Positions 14,009 to 27,302 of a DNA stretch of 64,000 bases are shown here, one piece after another (positions within the stretch are counted from its first letter, which is position 1; each line of letters opens with the position of its first letter). The position numbers and the translations under genes were made by a program. The notes below the pieces were generated by a model. The model was not told the DNA's origin. It did no database searches and saw only the letters and a list, made by a program, of their open reading frames with translations. This stretch comes from Batkoa obscura (Eukaryota): assembly GCA_030770535.1 (NCBI GenBank), contig JASVEC010000002.1, positions 1,178,001 through 1,242,000 of the forward strand, given 5' to 3'.

Positions 14009-15179
14009 TTTGTAATTTAAACATAATTTATACATTTATAAAGTATTCTTTTTCAAGTACTTATATACCTTTGTTAATATTTTGAATTAATATTTTTTTA
14101 TTTACCTAGTAGGAATCATGTAATATTTAACCAGTTTATTAAATCTGTATTTTTAATCTCTATATTTTCACGAATTGTACACTCTTTAATTTTAATCTTT
14201 TGCTAATTATACTATAAAGAAATTTTACCATATGTTGTATATTAGTTAATTGTATATTTGGGTATCATGCTTAAACAATCTAATAGCTCAAACAAAGCTT
14301 TGTTTATATGTATAGTATTCAGAGAATAAAATACTTGCTGATATAGTATTATAGCTAATAAATTGTAATAGGATCCTATCAAAAATGAAATATAATAGAG
14401 ATAAGATAATACTTTTATAAACTTAAAACTTCATTTCAAACTTTATTTTTTGATTATCAGTCTTAAAGTAATGTTTATATAAAATACTTAAAAACTATCA
14501 AATATAAAAGTTTTAAAAAAAGCCCCCTGCTTAAAAATTTGCATCCAAAACCACTTTTAAAAAGGATCATTTATTATAAGTTTTGAAAATTCAAGAACTA
14601 AAAAAAGTTTAATAAGTTATTCTATTTTTTGATTTTTGATTTTTGATTTAACTCTGAAGTTTTACTTTGAGAAACAGTCTTTTTAAATAAAACTATATGA
14701 CATTTTATACTGGTATTTTGGCTTGAAAATTAATTGATTTTATTATATGATAGGTAAAAAAAGTACAGCCTTTCGTCCCTCACTAAATTACTCTAACTTA
14801 TTTTGATAAGTTATTGAAAATAGCCAGTAATTACGATTTCTAAGGATTCAAACTTCATTTAATAAAATACATGGGATCTGAGGTTTATAAAAAGCTATTA
14901 GATTGTATATATTACTTATTAAATTTATTAACTTCATCCTCATTCTATAATTCATAGATGGTTATATTTAATAAAGTTGAGCTACTAGAATGCTACTGAT
15001 ATAAGATAAAAAAGCAACTCAAATACATCACTTAGTTCTCTATAGCTTTCTATTTATTTCAGCTATAAAATTATGTAAATTTACTAATAAATTTCGACTA
15101 AATAAATCAACTAAATATTTATTAAAACATGACAATTCAGATTTAATAAGAACGAACTAAGTTTATACTGTAAGAATTT

Positions 15180-15276
15180 GTGAATGTATTTTTTTGCTCA
15201 AGACCTACTAATAATTTTTCTGCTCAAACAGCACTCAAAAAATGGAAAAAGTAATGAAGTCAAAAAAAACATCCCT
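15180..15276 (+). mobile_element. MITE family A copy, degenerate
   Basis: Shared core ..ATGGAAAAAGTAATGAAGTCAAAAAAAACATCCC. Confidence 0.75.
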
Positions 15277-16340
15277 ATCTCGATACAAGATAGAGAAATA
15301 CCAAATGTCAAATAAAAATGACATGCGACTTACTCCAAATACATTCTACTATAACAATATATATAATATTATTGTTTCGATATAGAGGTAAATTAAACAT
15401 TTAAATAGAATGTATATTTAAAGTATCTTAAATAGATTTGTATAGCTCTGTAAAATAAACTCAGCCAATTTACTAAGTAGTTATTAGCAAGCTAGTCAAA
15501 TTTGTTTTCCAGAGTTATATAAAGAGTAACCTTTTATTGACTATGATTATTTGTAAACAAAAGACTTTTGTAGATTATATACAATTTAAAATACAAAGAT
15601 TCCTTAGAATTTTGCAAATAATAAGTTTTGGGCAACAATAATAGTTAGAATGGCAATACTGAATTAGATTTTTGCATAACTGAACTTTGATGGAATTAAC
15701 AATTTAAAAAATTTATGAATTACCATTTAATATACTATGTCTAGTTCTAAGACTTTATAATCTATTGTAATTTGTTGAAAAACAAAAAAATATCCAAATG
15801 TACAATGAAGTTAAGATTTAAGGCATTTTAATATAAACTTATTATTTAGAAGCTATAAAGAATTAAAATTTCTACTATTATTCTCTTAATAGGTTTTTTA
15901 CCTTATTTTAATAATTAATTCCAGAACTGGATCCCATTATTTGCTTTGTTGTAGCTGTATTACTACATATAATGTTTGTATAAAAACTTTCCATCTTTTA
16001 TCACAATAATAGGCTAATATTGATAATTAATACTATCTATTTGAAAGTCTCCTTATTTATTTTTACAAAAAAGCTGACATCATCTTTCTTTACGATTTAT
16101 GCTAAATTAAACTATCTTTAAATAAAAACGATGGTAATAAATAGTTCTAATCCTAGATATATTATAAAAATGGCCATTTATTATAATTTTATTAGTAAAC
16201 TAAAAATGAACTAAAAAAATAGGAACGATAAAACTTTCGGCCCGAGGTTTATCATGGCATTGAAGAAACACTTAGACTGTTTTTTTTATTTTAAACAAAG
16301 ACTAGAATCTTTCTATGACAATAAAAGTTCCACACACTAT

Positions 16341-16736
16341 ATAACTTCAAAACCATGAGTACTTTTGAGGTTATGGAAGATAATATAATTGGATAAGAAT
16401 AGAAACTTTTTAATTAATTCATTTAGAATGATGAAAATAATCAGCCAATTAGCCTAATTCAATTAAATCCTTTTTGGATTAATCCTTTCTCATTGGATAT
16501 TTTGATAGATTAGAAAAATCAATGATTGATTGATTTGAGAATAAAATGTAATTTTAGCGAAGGAGTGATTCTATTTGGCCAATAGTTGAATAAATTTACA
16601 AAAATCAATGAGTACCTTTGAAGTTATTGTTAAAAGTCAATTCCATTCCAACCATTTATGTTTTCAGTTAGAGAATAAATTGATTCAATTGATAATTTTT
16701 AATCACTATTACGGAATAGAGTACTTTTGAAGTTAT
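16341..16736 (+). promoter_or_regulatory. Repeated 18-bp element GAGTACYTTTGARGTTAT, candidate zinc-response element
   Basis: Copies at 16357-16374, 16610-16627 and 16719-16736, plus an inverted partial copy at 16341-16352; all upstream of the ZIP gene. Confidence 0.65.
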
Positions 16737-17060
16737 CATATTTTACAAAAGACAAAAATAAAAAATATTTGTATATTTCATATCTGACTATTAAATGACC
16801 ATCACAATTGAACACTAACAGGTAGGTTCTAATCACACTTTAGTCACCATTTATTTAGCTGATTACTAAGAAAATTCTAGCCTTAGCACAAAGTATTGAC
16901 AATTTCTTAAAATAATAAAATCTATGGTCACATTTATCTATAGAATAAAATTAGCTTCTAAGAATAAATTAATAATCAATTAAATTTAAAAAATGGTATA
17001 AAAGGAGAGAAATTACAACCCATCAATTTCAAAAGTTTTTCTTTTTATAATTATTTCGAT

Positions 17061-18173
17061 ATGAAATTTTTCATCTTTATTCTCACTTTATTTGGTGTCT
17101 TGGCTTTATCTGAATCTTTAAATCAATTATCGTCCAGCTTAGGAGAGAGTGGTTCAATTGAAATACCACGAAACCATGTTGTTAATATAAAGCGTAGACA
17201 CGGGGACCATAGTCATGCTGAGGATGAACATGAACATGAACATGAACATGAAAGCGTATGTGGTGAAATAACTGTACTGAGAGAGTATGACCTTGGTTTA
17301 CACATTATTGGTGCAGTAGTATTAGCAGTAGCGAGTTTCGTTGGGTGCTCTATGACAGCAATTAGTAAACGCCAAAGTTTTATCAAAATACCAACCATAA
17401 TCATTGATATTGGGCGTCATTTTGGGTCTGGAGTAATTTTGTCAACTGGGTTTATTCACATGCTAATGTCCTCCGTTTATAATTTATCCCATGAGTGTGC
17501 CCCAAAAATATTTAAAACTTATAGTGCTTTCCCTACTTTAATTGCAATGATTGCTGCCTTGGTCCTTCACCTTTTAGAGTATTTACTATTAGCTCATTTT
17601 AATAGAGATAAAATTGAAGAAGTAGTAAAGGGGAGTGACTTAATAGGCGAAGAGGAGCACGGCTGTGCAATGCATTGCAGTGATTCGCTTGAAACAAGAA
17701 TAACCACTTACATATTAGAATTAGGAATATTATCCCACTCTATCTTTATTGGTATCTCTTTAGGTGTAACTTCTGGGACACAATGGGTTACTTTATTAGT
17801 AGCTATTGTATTCCATCAATTTTTTGAAGGAATTGGCTTAGGTGCTCGTATCTCCGATTTAAATTTTAATACTGTCTTGAAGCCTATATTTATGGTGTTG
17901 TCTTTCTCAATAACTGCATCTATTGGAGTTGCTATTGGAATCTTAATTCATACCTCTTATTCCGATACTTCGCCAACTGCTTTAGTTATTCAAGGTGTAT
18001 TCGATGCGATTTCTGCTGGTATTTTAATTTACACCGCTTTGGTAGAATTGATTGCAAGAGAAATTTCTACCAAATCGGAATTTGTTTTAAAATCCAAAGT
18101 TGCTAAAATTTTGTGTTTCATTGCTCTTTACCTCGGAGTTGCCTCGATGGCCATCATCGGGATTTGGGCCTAA
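17061..18173 (+). CDS. ZIP-family zinc/iron permease (Zrt1-like), intronless
   Basis: Signal peptide, HEHEHEH tract, HFGSGVILSTGFIHML, LELGILSHSIFIG, FHQFFEGIGLG, SAGILIYTALVEL, IGIWA end; TATAAAA at ~16997. Confidence 0.95.
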   Translation: MKFFIFILTLFGVLALSESLNQLSSSLGESGSIEIPRNHVVNIKRRHGDHSHAEDEHEHEHEHESVCGEITVLREYDLGLHIIGAVVLAVASFVGCSMTAISKRQSFIKIPTIIIDIGRHFGSGVILSTGFIHMLMSSVYNLSHECAPKIFKTYSAFPTLIAMIAALVLHLLEYLLLAHFNRDKIEEVVKGSDLIGEEEHGCAMHCSDSLETRITTYILELGILSHSIFIGISLGVTSGTQWVTLLVAIVFHQFFEGIGLGARISDLNFNTVLKPIFMVLSFSITASIGVAIGILIHTSYSDTSPTALVIQGVFDAISAGILIYTALVELIAREISTKSEFVLKSKVAKILCFIALYLGVASMAIIGIWA

Positions 18174-19304
18174 TTTTCTTTTTATCCATCAAATAAAATT
18201 TAATTTATTCTACTTTAATTACTAGTTTAAAACCATCTTGTTTTTTAGTAAAATCTGCTAAAGAAATAATAAAATCCCACGAAAAATTATTCAATCAATC
18301 CCGTCCATTTTTTTACCTTTTTTTATTTGCAACTTATTTTATCAGGAATCCACTTTTTTATCGATTTTAATTGATTGATTTGACAGTCAATAGTATACCT
18401 TATATATAAAGACTAGTTAAATAATTTGTTAAAAAGTCGACAACCTCAATCAACTTTTATTTTGTTTTCTATAAGTGAGCTATTGAATTAAAAAGTTGAC
18501 TTAGATATTTATTTTGGCCTGTTTTAATTGTTTATTCTCTTTATTTTTATTTTAAATAACTTTATGTTTAGAATAAAAGTAGGAAAGTTTGATCTCACTT
18601 TGTTTTTACTTTTCATTATTTTAACTTGTAACAAAACCGCCTTTAAAAAGATTATCAATTAGTTGAGTTAATGGAAGAATTCTATTTTATTTAAAATTTA
18701 CCGAAGATTGTACATGCTATTTTAAAAATAGGTATAACTATTGTCTCATTCATTAAACTGACCTTTAGAATCAAGTTTTATTAGTACCATTTTAAATCAG
18801 CTTTTATTTATTACAGGGTCAATACTAGTTTTTAGTCTTATTTATAATTCTGAGATTTTATAAAAGACCTGTAGCTACACATAGATTTTAATCGATGTCA
18901 TCAATTTATTAAATAGATTCTTAAGTCATTGCTTTTTATGTTCTTGAAATGGATAAGCTCCCAAGTCAGTTTATTGACGAATATTTTTAAAACAACTAAT
19001 GGAACTGTAAGCCACCTTAAATTTAAAATAAGTGTTATTTAGATTATCAAATAACTGAAGCTCAGTACAATAAATTAGAATAAAGAAGTTTAGATTATCT
19101 TTTTAAAAGTATCTTTTAATTCTATATTAATTAAAAATATCTAAAGTAAAAACTTAGATATAAAGACAAAATGAAAGGCAGAGTCTTAGATTAAACAGTA
19201 AATAACACTATTAATTATGTTTTTCTGTTTTGTAGCTATTATAAGGCTTCTATATCTTATTCTTCACGCTTTTATCTAAACTCATTTTATCACTATTGTT
19301 ACAC

Positions 19305-19446
19305 TAGTAGAGGTCTCTGGTAGTTACTCCTAAAAGTTGATTTATTTAGTAAAATACGACGAAATTTTTACTAGATTAATTAAATTCATTTTCGTATTTT
19401 ACTAAATAAATCAACTTTTAGAAGTAGCTACCTGAGATCTCTATTA
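19305..19446. mobile_element. Foldback/hairpin element with ~55-bp inverted arms
   Basis: TAGTAGAGGTCTCTGGTAGTTACTCCTAAAAGTTGATTTATTTAGTAAAATACGA is matched by its reverse complement ending at 19446, with few mismatches. Confidence 0.7.
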
Positions 19447-19564
19447 ATCTATAGCGAATTTAATTTAATTTGATATTGACGTTATTTTTAGTTATATGAC
19501 TTATTTTTAACTCTTGAGAAGTTAGTTCTATTATTAAATTAAGCTAGCATTATATTCTATATAT

Positions 19565-19658
19565 GGGGATGTGTTTTGTATTTAAGAATCTTACTAACAA
19601 ATTTTCCACTTAAATAGCACTTAATGGAAAAAATAATGAAGTCAAAAAAGACATTCCC
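19565..19658 (+). mobile_element. MITE family A copy
   Basis: GGGGATGT..CATTCCC, flanks ATAT/ATAC. Confidence 0.85.
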
Positions 19659-21706
19659 ATACTTTATTTTGAAATATTAGCTTCAATATCACAATTATTT
19701 AATAAAAGCTAATACCTAAATTCAGATTATTTATTTATTTATTAACATAAATCGTAAAATGAAAGAGAGTAAAATTAAATATAAATTATTAATTTTTATT
19801 TTGTAGGCAGTTTTTCCTGTCAGTATTTAAGTTGCTGTTATTGAAAGTTATATTTGTTTAATTTTTAAACTCAGCTATTATTTGCCCATATTAAAGGCAT
19901 CAGATCCAAAAATTATAACCCTTTATTTGACTTTATTTAGAGGTAAAATAAAAAAAGGAAAGTTATTGGAAGGGTCACTAATTTCTACATGACTTTAGAT
20001 AATTAAAGAATATAGCAGGAAATTAAGTATTTCCCACTTCTTTAATATGTGGTCTGATAAAAAAATTAATTAGATTTCAACGAGTAAAAGAGGCCTTTTA
20101 TGAGGAGTAGAGACCAATACAGTTTAAAATAAGCTTAATAATTGAAATGGGCAAAGTAACTATTAATTGATTATAAATTACACTTTTTTGATATAAAGTT
20201 TAATTTGACTATTATTTATTAAATAAGTAATAAAATAAATAATGGACTCTTCTACATAAAGTAAGTCAAGCTCTAAATTTTAAAAACCATTACCTCGCTT
20301 TAATGATTGAGCCAGTTATTATATTATCTCATGACAATCTATAAAATATAATAATATGATAAATAATTACTGCATCAAGATTATATTACATTGATAATAA
20401 TCATTACTATAAAAGAATTGTTTCTATATAAATAATATATACTTTTATTTAAATAAAAGTAAAAGCACTTCACAAATCAATGTCAATATATTAATAAGCA
20501 ATCTTCATTAATTGAAAATAATAATAGGAAGTAAAAATAATAAAACAAAAATAAGAGAGATTTAAATAACTTTATTCAAAGCACAAATTATAATTTAATA
20601 TATACATAACAATAATTCATAATATAAAATTCATCAAACTAACACTATTTAAATAGTTGAGATTAAAACATTTCAAAAGTTTATTTAAACTAAAATTAAA
20701 GTAGCTTTTTTTATAATAAATAACGAATATTACTATAAGAATGAATGTAGGATTAATCATTTTATTTAATAGATTGTATAATTCTTCATAATAGTGTTTT
20801 TTTTATAACTTATTTTATAATTTATTTAATTTATCTTAAAACTTGCACTACAATCATAATCTTATGATTTGCTTTGTATAAATAAGATATTTTTTACAAA
20901 CTGATGGAAATAATATGAAACTCATAAATGAAGCTTGAATTGTAAACTCATGATGCTGATAAAAGAATAAGATGGGTAATTGTTAAATGTAATTTATAAC
21001 ATAAATATTAAGTGTGACCTGGTTAATAACCGTGATTATTATCTTTATTGCCTTTTAATTCAATTTTAATCTGTAGCTATTATGCGCAATCATTACTATT
21101 GTGATTTAGAAATTTAGTTTTTTATAGTAGAAATTTAAATGAAGAATCAAACCCCCTCCTTTTTAATCTTTTTAGTTAATCAAAATAATCAAATAAAATA
21201 TTTTATTTAATTCCAAATAATATTTACTTATTTTAATAAAACACCAAAACAACTATTGTGTTAATGAATAGAGGTAAAATCAAAAAAATCTGTCAACCTG
21301 AGAATAAGACCAATCACGGTTGAGTATAAACAATTAAACCACTTTTATTAGCCAATCAATCTTAATTTATTTTATCCACCCCACGTAATAAGCCCCCAAA
21401 CTAAATTAATAAAATTTCCCAATTTTATGCTGTTAATTCATGATTCAACTCCCATTTTTGGGTACAAATTGATAAAAATAGTCTTTTTAATAAGGCCTAA
21501 ATTCTAATTGGATTACACTGAATTTTAAGCTGTTAAAACCTTTATCTTTCATGTGAGGAATATGTACTACACAGGAAAAAAAGGTATATAAGGAAAACAG
21601 AATCAAGATCAAATTTATTCAATTTATTTTATTTCATTCTGATTTTTTAACTATTATTTCCAACTTCAATTCATTATTTATTTTTTGATTCATATTACAT
21701 TTAACA

Positions 21707-22198
21707 ATGGTATACTTATATGAACAACCAATCTATCAACCATTTCCAAACTACAACTCATATGTAGCTGAACTTGTAAACGGTGCGATTTATGTCCCAA
21801 TCAAAGATATGATAAATCGTACAAGAGTACCTGAATTTATGCTATACATCGATACGTTGTTAGCTGAGATTCAAATTAAAAAACTTACAGCAGTCATTTG
21901 TTTAATTTATTGTGAACGTTTAAAAAACAGGTTACCAAGTGATGCTAAAGGAACTTCGGATACAATTCATCGAATTTTCACAGCTTCTCTATTACTTGCT
22001 TGTAAATACACAACTGAGCCATATAATAACAGAGCAGTATCTAAGGCCTCTAAGATATATTCAATAAGAGACATAAATAATATGGAATTCGAATTTCTCA
22101 CATTAATTGATTATGAAATTTGGATTACTAAAGAAGACATTTGTAGCTTCATGACGGAAAATTCAGAAGGTTTGTATATCATTGGGGAATTGAATTAA
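21707..22198 (+). CDS. Minimal Pho85-type cyclin (Pcl1/2-like)
   Basis: LIYCERLKNRLP, TIHRIFTASLLLACKY, DINNMEFEFLTLIDYEI cyclin box; TATA at ~21585. Confidence 0.88.
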   Translation: MVYLYEQPIYQPFPNYNSYVAELVNGAIYVPIKDMINRTRVPEFMLYIDTLLAEIQIKKLTAVICLIYCERLKNRLPSDAKGTSDTIHRIFTASLLLACKYTTEPYNNRAVSKASKIYSIRDINNMEFEFLTLIDYEIWITKEDICSFMTENSEGLYIIGELN

Positions 22199-24095
22199 TT
22201 TGTTTGATGTGTGTTCGTTCTACTAACTCTTGGTTGTTTCTAATTCAAATCTCATTGTATTATTAGTTGTTGTTTTTCTTTTACCTTTTTTCAATAACTA
22301 TCTTTAGTGCCGGTTGTTATTATATTTCTTCTCTTTATTATCTTTTTAATAAATAAGTATAATATAATTTTTCTTTCAAATTCATAAGTCTGTAATATTT
22401 TAGATATTAAAGTTGCTTAGTTGATATGTCTTAAAATTTATTGAAAAACTGAGCATCAAAGTAATTTAGATAACAATCTACCAATTAAATTGAGTAAGCT
22501 TATCAACCATCAATAAAGTTATAACAAATATAATGGCGTTGATTTTAATTTATTATCATTTATTAACTGCTAATTACTTTATTTAAATCGTTTATTAAAG
22601 GCTCTTTTTTATTATTGATCTAAGAGATTATGGCATAAATGCTTAGATTAAGTTAACTTTATTTTAATCTAGATTTAGTTGATCTTTTTTGTTAATTTCC
22701 GTATACTAAGGTTTGTTACAGTTTACTTAAAGTAGTAATTTAAAATATTGACAAGCTGTTGTCTTAGTATGAAATTCAATGTCTGGTTATATTATTTGCT
22801 TATTGTATAAAATATATAAGCAAAAACTTCATTATATGTGGTTATTTATTATATGATATATAAATTTGTCATTTTAACATAAAATTCAAGCTACGATTTA
22901 ATTGTAAAGAATACTGGTTTGCATTTAGAACAACTTAGTGAATAGAATAATAGTGAAGAATATCAAATAGATATTTTCACACAAGACAATTTTTACAAAG
23001 TTGATAAACAAAAGTTTTGGATTTTAAGCTAAATTCAAGAAGAAATGGAGGGTATTAAATTTGATTTATTTGATGTTTCTATTTGAAATGAAACTGTTTT
23101 AATACAAAAAAATAAATTAAAAATCAATCTGGTTATCCCTATTTTTCAAAAAAATTATTTTACTTTTATAAACTACAAAAATGAGTTAGGATAAAATAAT
23201 AGTTTACCTCTAAAAGTAATATTTCTGTTACCAGCCTCTTGGCTAGAGACTTTAGTTTGAACCCCTATTTAAAACAATTTAAGCTACTCTTATGTAGTGA
23301 AAAAGATAGTATCCGTAAATCTATGAGGGCTTAGCAATTATCTATTTAGAATCTTACACTTTCTATGCTTTAGATGCTTAAAGATTTCGAGGTAGGAGAA
23401 TTTAGTAACAATTTTCAACAATATAAGGTTTATTTTTACTCAAAAGCCTTTTTGATTTTATGTAATTTAGGCTTAATAAAAGTAGACTCTATTTTTAAAA
23501 CTATTGAACAGTTTATTATATTAATAAAAAATACTCAAACAAAATCTAAAAATAAACATGCAGTATATTTATAAAGTAATAAATTGAGATTTTAACATAT
23601 TACACAACATAAAAATACAATAAACTAGAATAGTATTTGCCAAATAAAGCTAATTCTTTATTTATATTAGGCACAAAAATTGAGCAACGTTTTATAACAT
23701 GGAGTTTGTTTGTTTATTTTAAATGTCAATCAATACAAAAAGGTTTTTCTCATAATATTTTAACCTGAAAATGATCCAAATGGCAAGACTTTTACATAGA
23801 GCTTCCTTTTATCATTATTGCTAAAAGCTTTATACTTTTGAAAAATGATAGTTTAATTAAAAATAATAGTCAACTTCTAAAACCAGTGGTGATCTTAAAA
23901 TTTAAAGTGTTGAAAAAAAAAATTTCTCACCTAAATTTATTAAGAAGAATAAAAGAGAAACTTACCAATGATATCATAACTAAAGGAATAAAGAAGAAGC
24001 TATTTGATCAAAATTTAAATTGGTTAAAAATTAAATTAATAGTAAATTAAAAAAAAAGTAATATTCAAAATACTATTCTTAACAGACTACCAAGG

Positions 24096-26085
24096 ATGAA
24101 AATTGTCGATTTATTAAAATACAATAAGAACAGTAAAAAACCTTCATTTTCATTTGAATTTTTTCCTCCAAAAACGTCAGAGGTAGTACCATTAATTTAT
24201 CATTGATTTTATTAAAACTAAAAAACAGGGTAAAAAAAACTTAGATTTAAGAATAGCAAGATTACAAGAATTAGGTCCAATATTTAATAGTGTAACATGG
24301 GGAGCAGGAGGAAGCACTAATGATAAGAGTCTTGAGTTGGCAAATACGATACAAAATGACTTGGGTTTAGATGTATTGTTACATATTACAGCTACGAATA
24401 CAAGCAAAAAAGAAGTGTTAGGTTATTTACAAAAAGCAAAAGAACTCGGCATCGAAAACATATTAGCATTAAGAGGTGACTCCAGCAACGAAAGCTTATT
24501 TTTGAATGATGAGGATAAGGAAGACAGACTTGAAACAGTTATTGATTTAATCAAGCTGATTAAAAGTGAGTTTAAGAATCAGTTTAATGTTGGAGTAACA
24601 GGTAATAAAAGTAGAATATCTAAAATATAGGCGATTAAAGTAATTATTTAGGTTATCCGTCTTCACACCCAGAAAGTCAAGGGTTGGAAGAAGATATCAA
24701 GTATTTAAAACAAAAGGTTGAATCAGGAGCCGATTTTGTTTTGACTCAGTTTTTTCTTTCTAACGAGGAGTATGACAATTGGTATAATGAAATCGAAAAA
24801 AATGGACTTAGGATTGATATTATACCTAGTATATTAATAATACAAAGTTATATTTCATTTAGGAGATTAATAAATTTAACTGGAATTAAAATACCAAAAG
24901 AGATACTAGTTGAGTTAGAAGAAATCAAACATGATGATTTACTAATTAAGGAATATGGAATTAACTTAGCAATTAAATTAATCAAAAATATATTAAACAA
25001 TAACAGTGACAGTAATAATAATCAAATTCATTGTATTCATTTCTTCACGATGAACTTAGAAAAATCAGTCCATGAAGTACTAAATAGATTGAAATGGATC
25101 AAGGATAATAACAATAATTTTACTATTGAAAATCAAACTTTATTAAACACGATTGAAGGGTGGGATAACTTTCCAAATGGTAGATTCGGAGATGCTTCAT
25201 CTCCAGGTAAATGATATATTAAAGCAATATAAATAACATAAATAACAAACAATATAGCATACGGTAATTTAGAAGGATATAGAAATGGATTAAAAATAAG
25301 TCCAGGTAAAGCACTTGAATTATGGGGGCACCCAAAAAGTAAAGAAGAGATAAGCGCATTGTTTATTGCCTTTTTAAATGGCAAGTTAAGTGAATTACCA
25401 TGGTGTGAAACTGGAGATTTGGACCCAGAATCTGAATTAATTAAAAATCATTTGATTAAAATCAATCAAAATCTTTCCTTCACTTTGGCTTCTCAACCTT
25501 CCCTAGATGGTATTAAATCAAATCATCCTATCTATGGCTGGGGACCCAAAAATGGCTTTATCTTTCAAAAGGTAATTTTATATTTTGGGATTTATTTCAG
25601 TACTTTTGTTTATATTATATATCTGTAGGCATTTATTGAAGTCTTAATATCCAAAGCAAAGATCAATGCCTTTTTAGCTAAAATGATAGCTCTAGATCCA
25701 AATATCACTTATATGGCGATTGATTCCGAAGTAGGTTTTAATACAACATATAGTTTATAATTAACTCTTTAATTAGGGCCATTTCTTAAGTAATAAAAAT
25801 AAAGATGGTGAAGAATATGAAGCTAACACCGTAACATGGGGGGTATTTCCACATGGGGAGATAGCACAAGCAACTTTAATTGAAGTATCTTCATTCAAAG
25901 CATGGGCAAAAGAAGTATTTCAAATTAGCAATGAGTGGAGTAATTTATTCCAAAAAAGTAATAGGGAATCCTTCAACTTGATCAATGATTTAAAAGATAA
26001 TTATTTCTTATTAAATATTGTACAACCGGATTTTAAAGTAAAATCAGACGCTTTTTTTGATAACATTATTAAAGCTTTAAATTGA
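24096..26085 (+). CDS. Methylenetetrahydrofolate reductase (Met12-like), 6 exons
   Basis: FSFEFFPPKT, VTWGAGG, NILALRGD, GADFVLTQFF, HFFTMNLE, WDNFPNGRFGD, GWGPKNGFIFQKAFIE, NTVTWGVFP. Confidence 0.93.
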
Positions 26086-26148
26086 ATTTTAAATTAATAA
26101 AGGTTGTATATAATATATATTATATTATGTCATATAAATATAATTTAT

Positions 26149-27302
26149 TCAAATGATTGAAGTAGAATTCAAATCGATTTTCTCCAAAAGACTATTACGT
26201 AACTTAATTATAATTGAATGTTCTGGATTTAATTTGATTTCAGTATCAAATTTAGCTCGATATTCCGTCAGGCTATCCTCTCTAAATTTAATAGTACGGA
26301 TTGGTAACAATAATCGGGAAGTACCTTCATTAAAAAAAAGAATAAGTAATAAACAAAAAAGTCAACATAAATTACTTGTAATAAAAGCAGCTGAGTAACT
26401 TTGACTGCAAAGTTCATTTAAGCTTGGAGCTACAAACTCTGTTTCAATGTTCATTTGTTTAGCCAAATCAATGACTATACTTTGAATTGTCCCTTTTAAT
26501 ACTCTATTATAAGGAGCGGTTAATAATTTAAATTGACCATTTTCTTCTTTTAAAACAAAGAAATTAGAAGACAAGCCTTCTAATACTTCTCCATTTGATT
26601 CTACTAACAGTACTTCATTGCTATCTTTGCTTTTGCTTTTTTCAGCATGATCTCTTTGTCTAAATAACTCATAAGCATCTTTTTTAAAAATAGTGAACAC
26701 TTACTTACCCCACCCATATAGTATCCTTAATTGTTGGATTATTACGTTTTAAGTTAATTAATTCTACCTACAAATTTTTTAATTTGTACAATAAATAAAT
26801 AGAATACTATTACTTTACAACTAGATTCAGTAGGTACATTAAGCGAAGATAAGTGAAGTTTTAAGTAAGCTGAATCTTCATTTGAGTAAATTAAATAAGA
26901 TAATTTAGCTTCAAACTGTGGAAAGAGGCTGTCTAGATCACCTCTATTATCCTCTACTAATTCTGGCAAACCAGTATTTAAATAGTTATAATAAGATAGT
27001 AATCCAACTTTAGTTAAATGATTAAGTTTTGACTTTAATTCTTCCTTATCTATTTCATTCCCTTTTTTACTAAATCCTTGAGTTAACCTACTGCAATGTG
27101 CTTCATATTCTAATACTTTTTTATGATTCACAGTTCTACATCCAGTATATACACCATTTGGCTCTACTTTATAAAACTCGTTTGGTGTTAGGGTGCTTTC
27201 TTTTAGTACTAATTTATTGCTCTGATAATTGACATAATTTATTATCAGATTCTTAGTAGTCATTGTTGAATAGACTTTAGTTAAATTCGAGCTTTTTAAC
27301 AT
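26149..27302 (-). CDS. PLP-dependent aminotransferase class IV (D-amino-acid aminotransferase/ADC lyase-like), 4 exons
   Basis: GVYTGCRT, HCSRL, RNNPTIKDT, NEVLL, VLEGLSSNFF, VLKGTIQ, AFITSTSRLLLPI. Confidence 0.85.

Noticed and set aside
23838..24050. 70-aa K-rich ORF upstream of MTHFR
   Set aside because: Non-ATG start and low complexity; the true MTHFR start is at 24096
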